Shown in pieces: positions 28,816-32,000 of a stretch of DNA of 32,000 bases; positions within the stretch are counted from its first letter, which is position 1; every line of letters starts with the position of its first letter. This DNA is from Candidatus Saccharimonadota bacterium. Lineage in GTDB: Bacteria; Pseudomonadota; Gammaproteobacteria; Enterobacterales; Enterobacteriaceae. The position numbers were made by a program, and so were the translations under genes. Location: the NCBI RefSeq assembly GCF_900128735.1, contig NZ_LT667503.1, positions 120,001-152,000 of the forward strand, written 5' to 3'. Below the pieces are notes generated by a model, which had not been told where the DNA came from, did no database searches, and saw nothing but the letters and a program-made list of their open reading frames with translations.

Positions 28816-29907
28816 ATGGGTTTTAAATGCGGTATTATTGGACTTCCTAATGTTGGAAAATCAACATTATTTAATATAATGACTAATTTAAAAGTTCCTG
28901 CAGAAAATTTTCCATTTTGTACTATTAAACCGAACATTGGAGTTGTTCCGGTTATTGACTATCGATTAAAAGAAATTGCTCAACAGATCGTCTCTAAAAA
29001 AATTATATATACTTTTATAAATTTTTTTGATATTGCTGGTTTAGTAAAAGGTGCTTCTAAAGGTGCAGGATTAGGGAATAGTTTTTTAGAAAATATAAAA
29101 GAATGTAATGCAATATTACATATGGTGCGTTGTTTTAATAATGATAATATTTCTCATATTTATAATAGTATAGATCCTCTGAGAGACATAGAAATAATTA
29201 ATATGGAATTATTATTTTCAGATTTAACAGTATTAGAAAAAATACTAAGTAAAAAAAATATCATTCATAAAAAATTTGAATATGATAATTATAATATAAA
29301 ATTAATACACTTTTGTATATGTCAATTAAAAAAAGGAGTTCCTTTAAGAGAACTTTTTTTTTCTAAAAAAGAACTAATCTTTTTAAATAGTTTAAACTTT
29401 TTAACATTAAAACCTATGATGTATATTTTAAATACTACTCTACATCATTCATCAAAAATTATGATTGAAAAAATATTAGAAAAATTTCAGAAAAAAAAAA
29501 TAAAAGTTATACCATGTATTATAAATAATAATTTTTCGATTTATAGTGATTCTATTAATTTTGCGCAAAAAAAAATATATAATTTTAACAATATAAAAAA
29601 CATAAATTTTCATGATATTGTACGTTCAGGATACATGTTATTACAGCTTATTACTTTTTTTACAGCAGGACCTAAAGAAATTCGTGCCTGGACAGTTCGT
29701 CAAGGTTCTACTATAAAAAAAGCATCCGGTTTAATTCATACTGATTTTGAAAAAGGTTTTATTCGTGCTCAAGTAATTTCGTATCATGATTTTATTTATT
29801 ATAAAGGAGATATAAAAAAAGTAAAAAAATTTGGAAGATTGCGTTTAGAAGGAAAAAAATATATAGTTCAGGATGGTGACATAGTTACTTTTTTGTTTAA
29901 TATTTAA
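28816..29907 (+). CDS. ychF: Ribosome-binding ATPase YchF (Obg-like)
   Basis: 363 aa from the ATG at 28816 (MGFKCGIIGLPNVGKSTLFN), the same length and N-terminus as E. coli YchF. FPFCTI.PN.G.VP, DIAGLVKGASKG.GLGN.FL, RCF and the C-terminal TGS-like FFTAGPKEIRAWT...HTDFEKGFIRA...DGD are present. The ORF-track start at 28798 is a TTG adding 6 residues. Confidence 0.95.
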   Translation: MGFKCGIIGLPNVGKSTLFNIMTNLKVPAENFPFCTIKPNIGVVPVIDYRLKEIAQQIVSKKIIYTFINFFDIAGLVKGASKGAGLGNSFLENIKECNAILHMVRCFNNDNISHIYNSIDPLRDIEIINMELLFSDLTVLEKILSKKNIIHKKFEYDNYNIKLIHFCICQLKKGVPLRELFFSKKELIFLNSLNFLTLKPMMYILNTTLHHSSKIMIEKILEKFQKKKIKVIPCIINNNFSIYSDSINFAQKKIYNFNNIKNINFHDIVRSGYMLLQLITFFTAGPKEIRAWTVRQGSTIKKASGLIHTDFEKGFIRAQVISYHDFIYYKGDIKKVKKFGRLRLEGKKYIVQDGDIVTFLFNI

Positions 29908-29947
29908 CTGCTTAGAAATTATTTTTTTATGAAAAATTTTTTTAATT

Positions 29948-29982
29948 TTTTAGAGAGGAGTTTTAAATATTCCTCTCTAAAA
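29948..29982. terminator. 12-bp inverted repeat between convergent ychF and thrC (possible terminator or 3' stabiliser)
   Basis: Arms TTTTAGAGAGGA (29948-29959) and TCCTCTCTAAAA (29971-29982) are exact reverse complements with an 11-nt loop. No U-tract immediately follows the stem on either strand, so it is not a canonical intrinsic terminator. Confidence 0.35.
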
Positions 29983-29993
29983 TAATTTTTTAT

Positions 29994-31283
29994 TTATAAT
30001 TGTAATAAAAAATTTTTTAATTTTAAAAAATTTGGTTTCATATGATGAGAAAAGTTCGGTAAATTCGCTCTTTTTTCTAATGATTTAGGTAACTTTAATT
30101 TTATATTTAATATTTTTTCTATCGTGTTTTGAAATTTAGTTGGATGTGCTGTACCTAAAAATAGTCCGAAATCTTGAGGGCTTAATTGTTTTTTTAGTAG
30201 TTGATATGCGATAGCTGCGTGCGGTTCTGAGATATATCCAATATGATGTAATTTTTTTAATGTATGTATAGTTTCTTGATCGGATACACTACCATATCCA
30301 AGGCTTTTTAAGTTCCATTTTTGTTTAGAAAATAGTTCTTCTACTCTAGGCCAGTTATTTGGTTGACTAATATCCATAGCATTAGAAATAGTAGACATAG
30401 TTTTATAGGGCGCCCATATTCCATTTTTTAAATATCTTGGTATAGTGTCATTGGAATTAGTAGCTGCAATAAATGATTTTATAGGTAATCCAATAGCTTT
30501 TGCTAATAATCCAGCAGTTAAATTACCAAAGTTTCCACAAGGAACAGAGATTACTATATTTTCTTGTTGATGATGTGGAATTAATGCAAAAGCTTCAAAA
30601 TAATAGCATATTTGAGCTAATAGACGACTAATATTAATGGAATTAGCTGAATTTAAGCCGATTTTTTTACGCAATTTTTTATCGTTGAAAGCTTGTTTTA
30701 CAAGACTTTGACAGTCATCAAAACTACCGTCAATAGCTATGGTATGAATATTTTTACCTAATGTACAAAATAATTTTTCTTGTAATCTGCTTATTTTTCC
30801 TTTTGGAAATAAAATAACTACACGAATATTATTCATACAATAAAAAGCATGAGCAACGGCTGCGCCGGTATCTCCTGAAGTAGCAGTTAAGATAGTCATA
30901 GAATCATCTTGATCATTCCAGTAAGATAACATATTAGCCATAAAACGCGCGCCAAAATCTTTAAAAGCTAAAGTTGGACCATGAAACAATTCTAAACATG
31001 CAATATTTTTTTCGACCATGTGTAGTATAGGTGGCGTAAAAGAAAATGCATTTTTTACTTGTATTTTTAAATTTTGTAATGAGATTTCATCTGAAATAAA
31101 GTGTGATAAAATATTTGCACTACGATTAATAAAATCCATTTGAGTTAGTTCTTGTAATTCTTGAGAATTAAATTTTGGTAATTTTTTAGGAAAAAATAAT
31201 CCTTGTTTTTTTCCTAAACCTAATTTAATTGCATATGCAAAATTAACTTCTTCATGATGATCTTTTAAGTTATATAATTTCAT
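29994..31283 (-). CDS. thrC: Threonine synthase
   Basis: 429 aa. MKLYNLKDH, ELFHGPTLAFKDFG.RFMA (PLP-Lys region), LTATSGDTGAAVAHAF, LNSANSINISRLLAQICYYFEA, SQPNNWPRVEELF and EPHAA.AY are colinear with E. coli ThrC (428 aa). Confidence 0.97.
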   Translation of the reverse strand: MKLYNLKDHHEEVNFAYAIKLGLGKKQGLFFPKKLPKFNSQELQELTQMDFINRSANILSHFISDEISLQNLKIQVKNAFSFTPPILHMVEKNIACLELFHGPTLAFKDFGARFMANMLSYWNDQDDSMTILTATSGDTGAAVAHAFYCMNNIRVVILFPKGKISRLQEKLFCTLGKNIHTIAIDGSFDDCQSLVKQAFNDKKLRKKIGLNSANSINISRLLAQICYYFEAFALIPHHQQENIVISVPCGNFGNLTAGLLAKAIGLPIKSFIAATNSNDTIPRYLKNGIWAPYKTMSTISNAMDISQPNNWPRVEELFSKQKWNLKSLGYGSVSDQETIHTLKKLHHIGYISEPHAAIAYQLLKKQLSPQDFGLFLGTAHPTKFQNTIEKILNIKLKLPKSLEKRANLPNFSHHMKPNFLKLKNFLLQL

Positions 31284-32000
31284 TTTTAGCTACCCTTATC
31301 TTTCTTGCACCATTAGGGTCAATATTACAAATATGAACAAAACCTTTTTCTTTATATTCTTTCATGAACCATTCTTTTACTTTTTCAGCAATGTTCATTG
31401 AATTGCAAATAGAAAAGATTGTTGGTCCTGATCCAGAAATATGACATGTGAGAGCACCTAATTGAATGATTTTCTCTTTTATTTTAAAAAAATTAGGTAT
31501 TAATGGAATACGATATGGTTCAGCAATAATATCATTCATAACACGAATAGCAAGATCTGGTTGGTTAGTATATAAGGAGTGGATAAAGGTTGATAAATTT
31601 CGACTATTTTTAATACATTTTTTTTTTGTGTATTTTTTTGGTAGAATTTTTCTTGAATCCAATGTATTTAGTTTTAGACCGGGCCATGCTATTACCCATA
31701 ACCATTTGTTAAAGATTGGTAATGATTGTGTAAATTTTAATTGATCTTCTGTAATTAATTGTAGACCACCGAGATAACAAGGTGCGACATTATCATAATG
31801 TATTGTCCCTGAAATATTTTCTTCTAATTTTCCCATTAATTTTAATAGTTTTTGGGGTTTAAGTTTTGTTTTGTAAAATTCGTTTAATGCTAAGATCATA
31901 GATACAATAGAGGAAGCACTGGATCCTAAACCAGATCCAATCGGCATATTTTTTTCTAATATAACACTAATGGGTTTATTTTTATTTGTTTTTTTTTCAA
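31270..32000 (-). CDS. thrB: Homoserine kinase (5' end beyond the window edge)
   Basis: GHMP-kinase motif MPIGSGLGSSASS, HYDNVAPCYLGG, AEPYR and SGSGPT.F are present. The frame stays open upstream of the ORF-track Met at 31947 (…EKKTNKNKPISVILEKN-MPIGSG matches E. coli ..TLEKNMPIGSG), so the gene continues past 32000. About 243 of an expected ~310 codons are visible. The stop overlaps the thrC start by 14 nt. Confidence 0.95.
   Translation of the reverse strand, partial: EKKTNKNKPISVILEKNMPIGSGLGSSASSIVSMILALNEFYKTKLKPQKLLKLMGKLEENISGTIHYDNVAPCYLGGLQLITEDQLKFTQSLPIFNKWLWVIAWPGLKLNTLDSRKILPKKYTKKKCIKNSRNLSTFIHSLYTNQPDLAIRVMNDIIAEPYRIPLIPNFFKIKEKIIQLGALTCHISGSGPTIFSICNSMNIAEKVKEWFMKEYKEKGFVHICNIDPNGARKIRVAKNEII

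Noticed and set aside
31945-31947. Met at 31947 as the thrB start, which would imply a 225-aa homoserine kinase.
   Set aside because: The frame stays open to the window edge, and the upstream residues (ISVILEKN) match E. coli ThrB just before MPIGSGLGSS, around residue 88. This is an internal Met, and the gene is simply cut by the window.
1-32000. Searched for CRISPR repeats, IS or transposase ends, integrases, tRNA genes, phage or defence islands, and any orphan multi-gene cluster that could be a novel system.
   Set aside because: None was found. The only tRNA-like sequence (GGTTCGAATCC T-arm) belongs to ssrA. No direct repeats with spacers were seen. All substantial ORFs are core housekeeping orthologues in conserved local synteny, and the non-coding gaps are all under about 410 bp, too short for an unannotated system.

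Overview
This window is very AT-rich and gene-dense. It looks like the core chromosome of a genome-reduced gammaproteobacterial endosymbiont. Gene order and protein sequences resemble Buchnera aphidicola, an assignment made by eye and from memory rather than by search. In order, it contains the NADH dehydrogenase I operon from the fused nuoCD through nuoN (nuoA/B would lie left of the window), then prs (-), prfA-prmC-sirB1 (+), ackA-pta (+), gyrA (-), ahpC-type peroxiredoxin (-), ung (+), grpE (-), tmRNA ssrA (-), grxD (+), rnt (-), pth-ychF (+) and thrC-thrB (-). thrB runs off the right edge. That is 27 CDS and 1 tmRNA. I found no tRNA, rRNA, CRISPR array, IS or transposase, prophage, toxin-antitoxin or defence-like gene. 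Every ORF in the track that is not an antisense shadow of a real gene is a recognisable housekeeping orthologue, so I do not see a novel multi-gene system here and will not claim one. The points worth a second look are small. (1) pta is cut down to its catalytic C-terminal domain. (2) An unusually GC-rich hairpin sits inside the last codons of rnt. (3) Long A-homopolymers occur inside intact genes, including two A12 runs in ung. (4) The tmRNA has an AKQKNYALAA tag and no encoded CCA. (5) RF1 has PKT at the PxT stop-codon recognition tripeptide. (6) Several ORF-free spacers and palindromes sit where free-living relatives carry genes. Five ORF-track starts were moved by homology: nuoI, nuoL, prmC, pth and ychF.
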